A DNA stretch of 32,000 nucleotides from Pyrobaculum aerophilum str. IM2. Its GTDB lineage: Archaea; Thermoproteota; Thermoprotei; Thermoproteales; Thermoproteaceae. The position numbers were made by a program, and so were the translations under genes. The DNA is taken from positions 990,001 through 1,022,000 of the forward strand of contig NC_003364.1 in NCBI RefSeq assembly GCF_000007225.1. The letters are read 5' to 3'. The notes below the pieces were generated by a model. It did no database searches. It was not told the origin of the DNA and saw nothing but the letters and a program-made list of their open reading frames with translations. Shown piece after piece: positions 23,189 through 32,000 of this stretch. Position 1 is the stretch's first letter. Each line of letters begins with the position of its first letter.

Positions 23189-23665
23189 ATGTCTTCAAAG
23201 GAGCAAGAGGCCCAGAAGGGAAAGCAGGGATGGATTACCCCAACTGTGATACCTCCAGAGGAGTGGGCTACGTTTAGGTACAGGGGGAAGACGTTGGAAG
23301 AGCTTTTAAACATGTCCATGGACGAGTTTATAAAACTGCTTCCCGCCAGGCAGAGGAGGAGCTTAAAGAGGGGGCTTAAGCCTGAGCACAGAAAGCTACT
23401 TGAAAAAATACGTAAAGCGAAAAGATTAGCGGCGCAGGGTAAGAAAGTCGTTATAAGAACCCATTGTAGAGACATGATTATCCTCCCCGAGATGGTCGGC
23501 TTAACTATTCACGTGTACAACGGAATTACCTACATACCGGTGTTCATATCGCCGTGGCACATCGGCCACTATTTGGGAGAATTCGCCCTGACGACAAAAA
23601 TCGTTCAACACGGCGAACCCGGCCTCAAGGCAACTAGGTCGTCATTACACATCGCGGCTAAGTAA
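23189..23665 (+). CDS. rps19: ribosomal protein S19 (uS19 / S15e)
   Basis: [35 protein letters not shown]...[28 protein letters not shown] is typical uS19. I chose the start at ATG 23189; the track ORF begins at 23135. Confidence 0.92.
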   Translation: MSSKEQEAQKGKQGWITPTVIPPEEWATFRYRGKTLEELLNMSMDEFIKLLPARQRRSLKRGLKPEHRKLLEKIRKAKRLAAQGKKVVIRTHCRDMIILPEMVGLTIHVYNGITYIPVFISPWHIGHYLGEFALTTKIVQHGEPGLKATRSSLHIAAK

Positions 23666-23666
23666 T

Positions 23667-24107
23667 ATGACTGCAATAAAACTACAGACAAGGCCTAGGC
23701 CTGGGGACGTATTCACCCTGCCCAACGGGAAAAGGGTGGAGGTGAAGAACATAGGGATACCTCACGTCTTGCCCCCGGCCAGCGTCTGCGACGATCCCCT
23801 CTGCCCCTGGCACGGCCACCTCAAAGTGCGATTGAAGCTTTTGGAGGTCACCGTGGAGAAGGTCAGAATGCACAAAGCCGCCGTTGTTATTCACGAGTGG
23901 CTACACTACATTCGTAAGTACAACAGATATGAGCGCAGGCGCAAGAGGATGAGAGTGAGAGTGCCTGAGTGCATAGAGGTGAAGCCTGGCGACAAGGTTA
24001 TAATTGCAGAGACGAGGCCGCTGTCTAAAACCATTGCCTGGGTTGTGATAGGGAAAAAAGAAGATGTCGTAGAGTGGAAGGCTAAGCACGAAACTCTCCA
24101 AGCTTAG
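23667..24107 (+). CDS. rps17: ribosomal protein S17 (uS17 / S11e)
   Basis: CDDPLCPWHGHLKVR...YIRKYNRYERRRKRMRVRVP...GDKVIIAETRPLSKTIAWVV matches the uS17 pattern. Confidence 0.92.
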   Translation: MTAIKLQTRPRPGDVFTLPNGKRVEVKNIGIPHVLPPASVCDDPLCPWHGHLKVRLKLLEVTVEKVRMHKAAVVIHEWLHYIRKYNRYERRRKRMRVRVPECIEVKPGDKVIIAETRPLSKTIAWVVIGKKEDVVEWKAKHETLQA

Positions 24108-24118
24108 CCCATTAAGCT

Positions 24119-24394
24119 TTAAGGGCCTCCGATAGGGCGGTTTTTGCACACGTCGCCTTCGCCACTGTGGGCCACTTTAATCCACTCCTGGTATAGTGGG
24201 CTTTCTGGCTTTATGTACACGCCGTCTGCTCCCGCCCTCACTGTGAATCTCCACTTCGTGCTCCCCCACTTGCATACCGCCTCCCTCTCCGTCACGAAAC
24301 AGGACATCGGCTTGCCACGCTATTCCCCCTCCCACCAAAAGGCCCTTCTTAGGGCATACTCGCTGATTAAAGGCTCGGCGTATTTTTCGCCGTA
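24119..24394 (-). pseudogene. PaREP2a-like remnant (cassette C): N-terminally truncated with an in-frame TAG; a residual 62-codon ORF spans 24119..24307
   Basis: The reverse strand reads ...ALRRAFWWEGE*RGKPMSCFVTEREAVCKWGSTKWRFTVRAGADGVYIKPESPLYQEWIKVAHSGEGDVCKNRPIGGP*. The TAG is at 24322-24320. Confidence 0.65.
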
Positions 24395-24506
24395 CTCAGC
24401 CAATGCTATTTTTGCCTAAATATTTCCACGTTCTCTCGCCTCTGGCATACGCCGTGGAGACTCACAGAAGGGGTGAACTGTCCAGAGAGGAAGCGGCCTT
24501 GGCGGT
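24297..24506. repeat. 210-bp core of the large inverted repeat (partner of 9478-9687)
   Basis: Perfect reverse-complement identity when read base by base. Confidence 0.85.
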
Positions 24507-26325
24507 GATTTTCGCCGTGTTGTACGACGGGAGCGTATACAGAGACGAAATTCTGCTTGCCGTTGGCGGCCCCGAAAAAGAGGAAGAACCCCTCATGACT
24601 CACGACCACTTCACCGCGTTCTGGCTGTGGACGCTGAGAGAGCTGGGCTTCAAGCCAAGCTCAGTGCGTAGGGGCAGTAACGCGCACCGCATTTTCTTCA
24701 GAGGCGCCGAGCTGAACGAACTGCTGAAAGCGGTAACGCTGGCGCTGCCCACGTTACACAAGCTTAGGGACGCCCTTGCAGAATTTGCCGATGCATTTAA
24801 GGCCGTCAGCGGCGAGGCGATTAAAAGGAAATTCGGCATTGGCTTGGCGTACGACGTGAGGAACGAAAGTTTTTCAAAAAAGCTAGAGGAGATTATTACA
24901 ATGGCTGAGGACTACGTTTACAGAAACGTCACAGTGGAGAGGGGACCGCTGGACACCAGCGGGCGGTTGCCGAAGATCGTCATCAGCTTTAAGCTTGGCG
25001 ATGAGGAGGTGGCACACATAACCGTGTATTGGAGAGGTGATGAGCTTTATGCTCAATACGGTGGCTCCCGCGAAAGCGCCGAAAGGTTGGCCTCTGTCAT
25101 AAGAGCTCTCGGCGGTGATGCTGAGGTTAAGTACGTAAAGGGCGCCGGATGGGTAGTTAAGCTCACCACCGACGGCATAATTACCATTCGCCACGACGGG
25201 TGGCTAAAAGCGTTAAGGGAGTTTATAGACGAGCTACACGACGACAAGCGTCACGGCAAAAAGCTGATTAGCGATGAGAGGTATGAAAAGTTGATTAAAA
25301 ACATAGAAGCAGGTCCTAACATTGTAAAATTCTCCGGTGTGAAGTTCTCGGTTTATTACGAGACAAGGATGAAGAACATAATGGTAGAATATCAACCGCG
25401 CAACGATAACGCTAAAAACGCCGCTGTAGACGCCTTAAAGGCGAGGGGTCTGAAGGAGGGTGTACACTTCACTGTTAATACAGTGGGCGCTGGACGTTAC
25501 GAAATCCGCGTTACGAAAGAGGCATACGCCAAGGCCGTTGAGACTTTGGCACAGGTCGGGCTGAAGGAGGGCGAGCACTACGCTGTTTACGACAGATGGC
25601 GCATAATCAGTGTCAAGGCGGAGCATAAAGACGCCATCGTAAACGCCTTGAAGGCGGCAGGGCTTGAGGAGGGCAAGGACTTCGCAGTGAAGTGGGGCGG
25701 ATACTACGACATCCGTATCACCTACGACGGCCTTCGCGAAATTCAACGCATGGCGCTGAATGGCGACTTGGAGGCTGAAAGGTTCATAAGGGAGCTGGAG
25801 GACGTGCTTAGGCGCAGATACGGCGATGACGCGGCGAAAAAGCTGATTGAAGTGCTGACGCCCGCGAGGGAGGAGGGAACGGCGGAGCTTCCGTTAACAG
25901 TTTACGACGAGAGGGGCAACTTAATTGCCCGCGTTGTAGATCTGAAGTACGAGTTTGTAGAAAACGGCCAGCCGGTGAGCCACTGCGCTGGAAGGGACTG
26001 CCGCCTGCGCGTTGTCGTAGAATATGAATTGCCCAGCGGCGAGAGGAGAGAGTTCAAGATGGAGTGGTACTGGGCGGAGAAGCGGAAAAAGAAGGACAAT
26101 ACAACGGTGACGTATTATTACGAAACAGCACTGACCACTGTGAAGGACGAAGTGAAGGCCGCCGTGTTGAAGGCGCTGACCGGAAAGGCTAAGAGGGGCC
26201 AAGTGAGACTTCTTGCCGATCAGCTAGACGCCTTGCGTCGCTTTAAGGCCCTAAAAGACGCCATTGACAAGTGGAGAGGGGGAAAGCCGCAGAGCCGGCA
26301 GTTACAAAATCAAACTACTTTTTAA
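24403..26325 (+). CDS. PaREP2b-family protein (cassette C), 640 aa
   Basis: A long open ORF paralogous to 7704..9581. It has the same three tandem ALKxxGLxEGxHF modules (25411-25740) and the same C-terminal ...LLADQLDALRRFKALKDAIDKW. Confidence 0.88.
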   Translation: MLFLPKYFHVLSPLAYAVETHRRGELSREEAALAVIFAVLYDGSVYRDEILLAVGGPEKEEEPLMTHDHFTAFWLWTLRELGFKPSSVRRGSNAHRIFFRGAELNELLKAVTLALPTLHKLRDALAEFADAFKAVSGEAIKRKFGIGLAYDVRNESFSKKLEEIITMAEDYVYRNVTVERGPLDTSGRLPKIVISFKLGDEEVAHITVYWRGDELYAQYGGSRESAERLASVIRALGGDAEVKYVKGAGWVVKLTTDGIITIRHDGWLKALREFIDELHDDKRHGKKLISDERYEKLIKNIEAGPNIVKFSGVKFSVYYETRMKNIMVEYQPRNDNAKNAAVDALKARGLKEGVHFTVNTVGAGRYEIRVTKEAYAKAVETLAQVGLKEGEHYAVYDRWRIISVKAEHKDAIVNALKAAGLEEGKDFAVKWGGYYDIRITYDGLREIQRMALNGDLEAERFIRELEDVLRRRYGDDAAKKLIEVLTPAREEGTAELPLTVYDERGNLIARVVDLKYEFVENGQPVSHCAGRDCRLRVVVEYELPSGERREFKMEWYWAEKRKKKDNTTVTYYYETALTTVKDEVKAAVLKALTGKAKRGQVRLLADQLDALRRFKALKDAIDKWRGGKPQSRQLQNQTTF

Positions 26326-26328
26326 AGC

Positions 26329-26979
26329 ATGTCGCCAGTTGTCCTTGTAGACACGAGAGAGCGCGCTTTAGAGGTCGTCAGGTATATTAAAGAGGGCGGT
26401 TGCGGAGTGATTAAAACAAAACTGGAGGCCGGGGATTACGCCGCTGGCGGGTATGTTTTTGAGAGAAAGAGCGTAGACGATTTCGTAAACTCCGTAATAG
26501 AGGGGCGTATTTTTGAACAGGCCGAGAAGCTCAAATCCACAGGGCTTAAGCCAGTGGTAGTAGTTGAGGGGGATTTGTGGGGGGAGTTAAAGTATAGGAA
26601 GATATCCCCCAATGCCGTTTTGGGGGCTTTGCTTGCGTTAAACTCCCTGGGGCTTGGCCTCATATATACAGAGGACAAGGCGCAGACGGGCATTCTCGTG
26701 TGCTTGGCGGCGAAGAGGGAGGCGAAGAGGCCAGTTAAAACGCCTGTGGTGAAGACAAAACAACTTGACATTAAGACGTTGCAAATTGCGCTTCTCGCGT
26801 CTTTGCCCGGCATTGGCGCAAGGCGGGCGGAGGAATTGCTGAAGAAATACGGCACCCCCCTCAACGCGTTGCTTAATTATAAGTCGTGGGATGTGGACAG
26901 TAAAAGCCACGTGTTGATAAAACGAATTTTGGAAACTCCATTTGATGCGAACAATACGCTAGACGGCTACTTTAAATAG
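26329..26979 (+). CDS. xpf: short crenarchaeal-type XPF/ERCC4 structure-specific nuclease with C-terminal (HhH)2
   Basis: It has VDTRE, then the GDYAAGGYVFERKSVDDF (GDx(n)ERKxxxD) ERCC4 signature, then LPGIGARRAEELLKKYG helix-hairpin-helix. Its ATG lies 3 nt after the PaREP2b-C stop. Confidence 0.86.
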   Translation: MSPVVLVDTRERALEVVRYIKEGGCGVIKTKLEAGDYAAGGYVFERKSVDDFVNSVIEGRIFEQAEKLKSTGLKPVVVVEGDLWGELKYRKISPNAVLGALLALNSLGLGLIYTEDKAQTGILVCLAAKREAKRPVKTPVVKTKQLDIKTLQIALLASLPGIGARRAEELLKKYGTPLNALLNYKSWDVDSKSHVLIKRILETPFDANNTLDGYFK

Positions 26980-27034
26980 GAGTTCTAACCGCCTCGAAAG
27001 CCCGCGCCCGGGGATGTGCAAACTCCGTGTCGCT

Positions 27035-28129
27035 CTAATTGCTTCCCTCGACAGGGGCCTCCCAGCGCCATTCAAGGCCTAGGTCTACTTCCTCTAGTTG
27101 ACATCTAGGCGGGTTTCTCAGCGTGTCTCTAAATTTAAACGCAAGGGGGGTGGGAACTCTGCGAGTCCCCTTGATGTCAATTAGGGCGAAAAAGGGCTGG
27201 TAGCCGAGACCCCACTCGTAGCCGTGGAGAAAACTCCACCATATAGCCACCGCGGGCTTAACCTCTTGAAATACGTTGGCCATGGCGCATAGGTACTCAT
27301 ACCTCAGTTTCTCATTGCGAGACGCTATGCCGAACTCCGTCACGGCTAAGGGCTTTACATGTTTTACCTCAAGTAGCGCCTTCGGCCTCAACGTAAATCT
27401 CAACGTGAAGTTTTCATACCGTCCAACGACGTAAAAATTTAATGATGTATAATCCATTTCTTTAAACATATCTAAATATTTTAAGTTTTGTCTATTTAAG
27501 AAATATAATATTGGTTTAAATAATTTATTTTTGCTTTCAAATTTTGAATAGGAGTGCGTAAAAGTGGCTGAGACTCCGTAGCTTTTCAACACATCTCTGG
27601 CGTCAAGAACTACTCTGTCTATATTGTCCTGAGCGCTTTTCATATGTTTTAGTGAAAGAAAGCCGTGCGGCGGCAAATCGCCTCTGATATATGCGAGAAA
27701 GGTGTACATATTCGGCTCGTTGAATATAACAGCCACGTCTATATACTCGCCCAGCTCCCGAGCGACGAGATCTATATATGCCAAAAACCTCTTTGAAGTC
27801 TCCCGGCTCTCCCAGCCGCCGTATTTCCACACCCAGCGCGGGTTAGTAAAGTGATGTAAAGTAACCCAAGTCTCAAGCCCCGCCGCCTTTATATCGCTGA
27901 GGTACTTTTTAAAAAGCCTCAGCCCCTCGTTGTTATACCTACCCTCCGACGGCTCTACCAGCGCCCATTCAATGCCTGTTCTAAAAACGTCAAGCCCCAT
28001 GGACTTCGCCAAGGCGATGTCCTCGTCGTAAAATAAAATGTGATACGCTCCCGGCTCGTCAGGCATGTCGCACTGACAAAATCCAAAATGTTGATATGGA
28101 GACACCGCAGCCCCGATTTTCACTCCCAC
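27035..28129 (-). CDS. GH1-like (clan GH-A) glycoside hydrolase, short form
   Basis: It carries YDEDIALAKSMGLDVFRTGIEWALVEP, an acid/base motif IFNEPN, a nucleophile motif VTEFG and WWSFLHGYEWGLGY. It is 364 aa, shorter than typical GH1, with a GTG start. Confidence 0.75.
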   Translation of the reverse strand: MGVKIGAAVSPYQHFGFCQCDMPDEPGAYHILFYDEDIALAKSMGLDVFRTGIEWALVEPSEGRYNNEGLRLFKKYLSDIKAAGLETWVTLHHFTNPRWVWKYGGWESRETSKRFLAYIDLVARELGEYIDVAVIFNEPNMYTFLAYIRGDLPPHGFLSLKHMKSAQDNIDRVVLDARDVLKSYGVSATFTHSYSKFESKNKLFKPILYFLNRQNLKYLDMFKEMDYTSLNFYVVGRYENFTLRFTLRPKALLEVKHVKPLAVTEFGIASRNEKLRYEYLCAMANVFQEVKPAVAIWWSFLHGYEWGLGYQPFFALIDIKGTRRVPTPLAFKFRDTLRNPPRCQLEEVDLGLEWRWEAPVEGSN

Positions 28130-28205
28130 CTAAATGTGTATTAATAAAACACATCTCTCGCAAAAACAAACGCCTCAGATAACAGATGAGGCCCCTTATA
28201 TCACC

Positions 28206-28631
28206 TCAGCGTAGTATAAGCACTGAGGTGTTCGCCGCCAGCGCCACGGCGATTGAAGTACTGTTGTATAAAAGGGCTGACGCGCCGTAGTAGCCGCGGG
28301 ATAGGAGGATTACCATGTCGTATGTATTTTCGGAAAGCTCCTTTACAATCTCAGAGGCTATTGTCTCCCCCTCGCCCATTTTCCTCACCTTGAAGCTGTG
28401 CTTTACGCCCTTTTTGCTGGCGAATTCCTCCACGCTCTTTCTGAGCTGATCGACGGCGGGGTCGTTCTCGCTAGAAGCTACGTACAGAAACACGATGTCT
28501 GCGCCGTATCTCTCGCCGAAGTCCACGGCGACGTTGAGAAGCTCCCGAAGCCTCGCTGGATTCATTGGCGAAACCGGCACTAAAATACGGCGGAATTTAT
28601 ACGCCAGCTCGTAAAAGGGCTCGTCACCCAT
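28206..28631 (-). CDS. universal stress protein (UspA) family
   Basis: A 141-aa ORF. ...FRRILVPV...ADIVFLYV...DMVILLSRG...SVLILR is the USP alpha/beta pattern. It overlaps the gap gene's 3' end by 8 bp. Confidence 0.8.
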
Positions 28632-29658
28632 ATCTCTTCCCCTCTGTTATTAACTTAAGCGACTTGTCTGTTTTCTCTATAGAGCGCCACTTCGGCGCCA
28701 AGCCCAACACCGCCCTTACGGCATCGATATTCTCGGGGACTACTATAGACTCTTGATGCACGCCGTACATTAAGTAGAGCTCGTTGCCGTTTACTGTCAC
28801 TGAATCTCTAAACACGGCGACTTCGGGGAAGTCCCCCCTGGGCCGGCCCAAATCCCTCGCGTATTCAATTATTTGCGCAAGGCTTTGAAAACCGGCGCCT
28901 ACATCTGCTAAGAATATCCTAGGCGTTTTTGCAAAGGCCTCTATCACTGCCTCTTTTGTGTAACTGCCGTCAAGCTCTAAATATGCCATGTGCATATGCA
29001 TAATTGTGACGGGGACTGCGACGGCCATTGTGACTATGTCAATGTTTTTCAAGACAGTCTGCGCGTCTGGGCCGTGGTGGCTTGGCACAGTGACCGGGTT
29101 AGGCACCACATCGTTAATAGGCCCCTTTTTGTGCTCCTTAGGATCGGCGCCGCGGCGGGCTATGAAAATCCTCGCCTTCTTTATTTTTATACCGTTAAGC
29201 ATTAACGACGAAAGCACCCTCGTTATGCCAGTAGTGTTACAACTAACCACTCTCACGTAGCGCCTCCCCGCGGCCTCCTCGAAGTTAGCCAAGGCGTTAA
29301 AACTGACCTCCGCTACGTCCGCATCCTCTCCGCCTTGGAAGATTACGGGCTTGTTAAACTTTATGTAATATTTCTCCTTGTTCTCCCTCCCCACATCTTC
29401 CGGAGATGCGTCCACAATGATGTCAGAAGCCTCTATAAGATCCTCTATAGTGCCAGCTGGCTCAATCCCAGCCTTTTTAAATTTATCCAGTCCATCCGGC
29501 AGTGTATACACCTTGAACCCCCTCTCTACGGCGATTTTGGCCTCATAGTCCGGCGTTACTTTTAACACGCCCGATATCTTCATGTCGTCTTGAGCCGCTA
29601 CGGCGTCGGCTATGCGCTTTCCAATAGTGCCGAAGCCTACTATCCCGACCCTGATCAT
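28624..29658 (-). CDS. gap: archaeal type-II glyceraldehyde-3-phosphate dehydrogenase (phosphorylating)
   Basis: [20 protein letters not shown] (Rossmann fold), the active-site context VVSCNTTG, and archaeal GAPDH-like sequence throughout. Confidence 0.93.
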
Positions 29659-30887
29659 AGGCTAAATTTTTTAGCAGAGGTTAATAACGCTTTCACTGCC
29701 GGCATTTCCTCGCCGCCTATTGTCTGAATAAAAGCGCGCCCGCCAGTCGACACGTGGTATGCTTTATCAAGCACGCCGGCCTTCTCCGCGGCCATAATCG
29801 TGTGCCCCCCGCCTAGTATTAACCGTCTGTTTGACGCCGCTTTTAACAGTTCTATTGTTCCTGTCGCGAATCTCTCGTCCTCGATATAGCCCATGGGCCC
29901 GCTGAAAATTACAATCTCGCTCTGTTCAATCACTTCTTTAAACGCAATTGTCGTAGATCTCCCAATATCTAGCGGAGGTTGCGCCAGTGAATATATATCA
30001 ACGTCTAGCCTCCCGTTTTGATTAACTGCGAAGTCCACAGGCGTGTATATCTGCGCGCCGTATTTAGCCAATAATTGGCGGGCTCTCTCTATATATGGGA
30101 GGAAGCCGCCCTTCTCTACCTCTTGTTTTAACGCGCTGTTTAACACGCCATATTTGCCCAAGGCAAACACAAAGCCCACGAGGCCTCCAACGGCCACTTT
30201 TTCCACAAAGCCGTTTTTTAACAACTGCTCTACTGCCTTAAGAGTGTCCGGCATTTTGGCGCCTCCCGCTATTAACGTCACGCCTCTGCCGCGTTTTTCA
30301 AACACCGCTCCCAACGCCCTTAGCTCCCTCTCAAAGACGGGGCCGGCGCAAGAGGGCAAAACAATTGGAAAGCCCACTACGCTTGGCTGCGATCTGTGAG
30401 CCACCGCGAAACCGTCGAATACGTAGTAGTCGGCTAGAGGGGCTAGTTTGCGGACTAGAAGAGTTTCTGCCTGAGCCTCCGGCACCTTTTCTATTACCTC
30501 CTCGGAGAGAATCCTCACGTTTTCCAGCAACAGTATTTCGCCGTCTTTCAACTCTTTTATCTGGCGCCTCGCCTCCGGGCCTATTATATCGTCTACAAAT
30601 TTTATAGGCCTCTCTAGGTATTTTTCTATATACGGCTTATGGATCTCAAGTGAGGTAAAATCGTCTTGTCCAGGTCTCCCTTGATGGGCCAACACCACAG
30701 CCCTGGCCCCCGCGTCAGAAGCCAGGCGCAAGGTGTACGAGTGAGCCCTTATTCTAAAATCATCAATTATTTTACCATTTACAATGGGCGAATTTATATC
30801 AATTCTTATAATTAACGTTTTTCCCTTTTTTAGGCACTTATTTATATTTGGTATTAAGTCAATAATTTCATTAAGTAACATGTCCAA
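29655..30887 (-). CDS. pgk: 3-phosphoglycerate kinase
   Basis: RIDINSP...DDFRIRAH...[10 protein letters not shown]... and the C-terminal ...STGGRAFIQ are typical of archaeal PGK. It overlaps gap by 4 bp, giving a pgk-gap operon as known in Thermoproteus. Confidence 0.93.
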
Positions 30888-30968
30888 TAGTTTACTGGGG
30901 GTTAATAAGTATTCCCGATTACACTCAATATATAATCTATATATTAAGCGTGATTAATTGTTATTAAT

Positions 30969-31562
30969 ATGTGCCTCATTGAGCCCATGCGTCTTGACAA
31001 ATACAAAACGGCGTTGAGGAAAGTGGCGAAGAGCTTGAACGAGAAAGGCGTTGAGTTCGTCCTCATCGGCAGTGCTGTGTTGCCCTTTGTGTACAACATT
31101 GACTACGATCCCAGAGATGTCGATTTATTTATCATAAACAAGTCCACTGTATTAGACAACGAGCTTTTCGAAGAAATAGCAGAGGAAAACGACTGGGACA
31201 TGGGCACGTCTGATCACGGCACTATTTACTACGAGCTCATAGTGGAGGGCGAGGCGGTGAGAGTTGACTTATTGGAAAACATCTTAGACATATACATACC
31301 CCCAGAGTTGCTCGCCGATTTAAAAGAGGTTGACATAGACGGGATAAAAGTCAAATCTATTGGCTTAGAGCAACTCCTTGCTCTGAAGGCTAAAATCGCC
31401 ACAAAAGAGGCAGAGGAGTTTATTAACGAAGTAGCCAGAATGGTGCTGGAGAGAAATATACGCGTCGACTATGAAAAGATTAAAAAATACGCCACAGCTT
31501 ATCCCGAAGACGCCGAGGGTATCTTGAAGAGGCTTAGGAGAAATGGGATATACATAGAGTAG
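30969..31562 (+). CDS. nucleotidyltransferase-fold protein (minimal NTase-like), function unknown
   Basis: The stretch FVLIGSAVL...PRDVDLFI resembles the GS...DxD NTase motif. A tatatattaag box lies about 25 nt upstream of ATG 30969. Confidence 0.55.
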   Translation: MCLIEPMRLDKYKTALRKVAKSLNEKGVEFVLIGSAVLPFVYNIDYDPRDVDLFIINKSTVLDNELFEEIAEENDWDMGTSDHGTIYYELIVEGEAVRVDLLENILDIYIPPELLADLKEVDIDGIKVKSIGLEQLLALKAKIATKEAEEFINEVARMVLERNIRVDYEKIKKYATAYPEDAEGILKRLRRNGIYIE

Positions 31563-31645
31563 AGATCCGCGAGGGCCCTTAAGGGCAGAAGAGGGGGGCA
31601 AAATGTGGGCGGGTAATAGTTATAAAACAGGCCGAAGGCAGGGAT

Positions 31646-32000
31646 ATGCGCGTTCTTTACATACACGCCGAGCGTTTTAATTGGGAGCCTAGAGATCCGG
31701 CATTGGATATTAGAGACGAGCCGACTTCTGGCAACGCCAACAATGCGCTTGTCGTATTTACATCAGTAGAAAGAGGCGACGTTCCAGATGAGAACTTCCT
31801 AAGGGCTGTTGCCAGCGATATTATAGACGTTGCGAAGAAGGTGAAGGCCAGCGCAATAGTCATATATCCCTATGCGCATTTGTCCAGCGACTTGGCCAGG
31901 CCTTACACGGCCAGGGAGGTTTTAAATAAGTTATTTGAGGTCGTCAAGTCCCAATTCAACGGCGAAGTTCTTAAAGCGCCTTTCGGGTATTATAAGGCCT
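31646..32000 (+). CDS. thrS: threonyl-tRNA synthetase, archaeal-type N-terminal editing domain (partial; continues beyond the window)
   Basis: Hand translation from ATG 31646 gives MRVLYIHAERFNWEPRDPAL...ALVVFTSVERGD...IVIYPYAHLSSDLARP...LKAPFGYYKA. This closely follows the Pyrococcus-type ThrRS editing domain (MRVLLIHSDY...VFVYPFAHLSSELAKP...KAPFGYYKAF). The track shows only an antisense shadow ORF here. Confidence 0.82.
   Translation, partial: MRVLYIHAERFNWEPRDPALDIRDEPTSGNANNALVVFTSVERGDVPDENFLRAVASDIIDVAKKVKASAIVIYPYAHLSSDLARPYTAREVLNKLFEVVKSQFNGEVLKAPFGYYKA

Noticed and set aside
23189-24107. S19 immediately followed by S17 without the L22, S3 and L29 genes that separate them in the canonical archaeal cluster
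   Set aside because: Ribosomal protein genes appear generally dispersed in this window (P1 and L38e are also isolated), so this looks like a lineage property rather than a local event. It cannot be judged without genome context.
24108-24125. Search for target-site duplications flanking cassettes B and C, including swapped pairs expected after inversion
   Set aside because: Only trivial matches such as ctttaa/tttaaa were found by eye, nothing comparable to the 28-bp repeat around cassette A. The boundaries of B and C therefore remain approximate.
27420-27560. Strongly AT-rich patch of about 140 bp inside the GH1-like gene; considered as an inserted element or intron-like sequence
   Set aside because: The reading frame stays open through it (..FESKNKLFKPILYFLNRQNLKYLDMFKEMDYTSLNFYV..) and I saw no flanking repeats. 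It is more likely a variable surface-loop region.
1-32000. Scan for tRNA, rRNA and CRISPR arrays
   Set aside because: I noticed no GTTCGAATC/GTTCAAATC-type T-loop with matching acceptor arms, no rRNA-like sequence, and no regularly spaced short direct repeats. This is a by-eye scan, so small or intron-containing RNA genes could have been missed.

Overview
The window reads as a chromosomal segment of a hyperthermophilic crenarchaeon of the Thermoproteales, most like Pyrobaculum. That is my inference from PaREP2-type repeat proteins, start codons about 25 nt downstream of A/T boxes (leaderless style), archaeal type-II GAPDH next to PGK, ribosomal protein L38e and a short XPF; no database was consulted. 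About 35 protein genes are supported. Housekeeping genes are a partial citrate synthase, TIP49, an S2P protease, ribosomal proteins P1, L38e, S19 and S17, PduO-type adenosyltransferase, prpB and prpD, trxB, XPF, a GH1-like glycosidase, USP, gap, pgk, an NTase-fold protein and the N-terminus of ThrRS. I found no rRNA, tRNA or CRISPR array. Three things stand out. (1) There are three copies plus one relic of a divergent two-gene PaREP2a/PaREP2b cassette. Cassette A (3066-5069) is bracketed by a perfect 28-bp direct repeat, and removing it rebuilds an ATGA-overlapped S2P-protease/membrane-protein gene pair, which is an insertion footprint for an element with no recognisable transposase or integrase. 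Cassettes B and C form diverged inverted arms of about 2.2 kb with a 210-bp perfectly identical core, and they bracket 14.6 kb of mostly housekeeping genes. (2) An island of secreted and membrane proteins spans 15.0-23.1 kb. It contains a chymotrypsin-fold (S1) serine protease co-transcribed with a membrane-anchored partner of unknown function. This pair is duplicated in inverted orientation around trxB. The left copy has decayed (truncated protease, 11-bp tandem duplication causing a frameshift), and the right partner gene carries a 49-bp patch copied from trxB. (3) In a small zinc-finger gene, the well-positioned leaderless ATG is out of frame with the main ORF, and the two frames meet at an A_AAA_AAG heptamer. 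All homology calls come from reading motifs by eye and need confirmation by database search.
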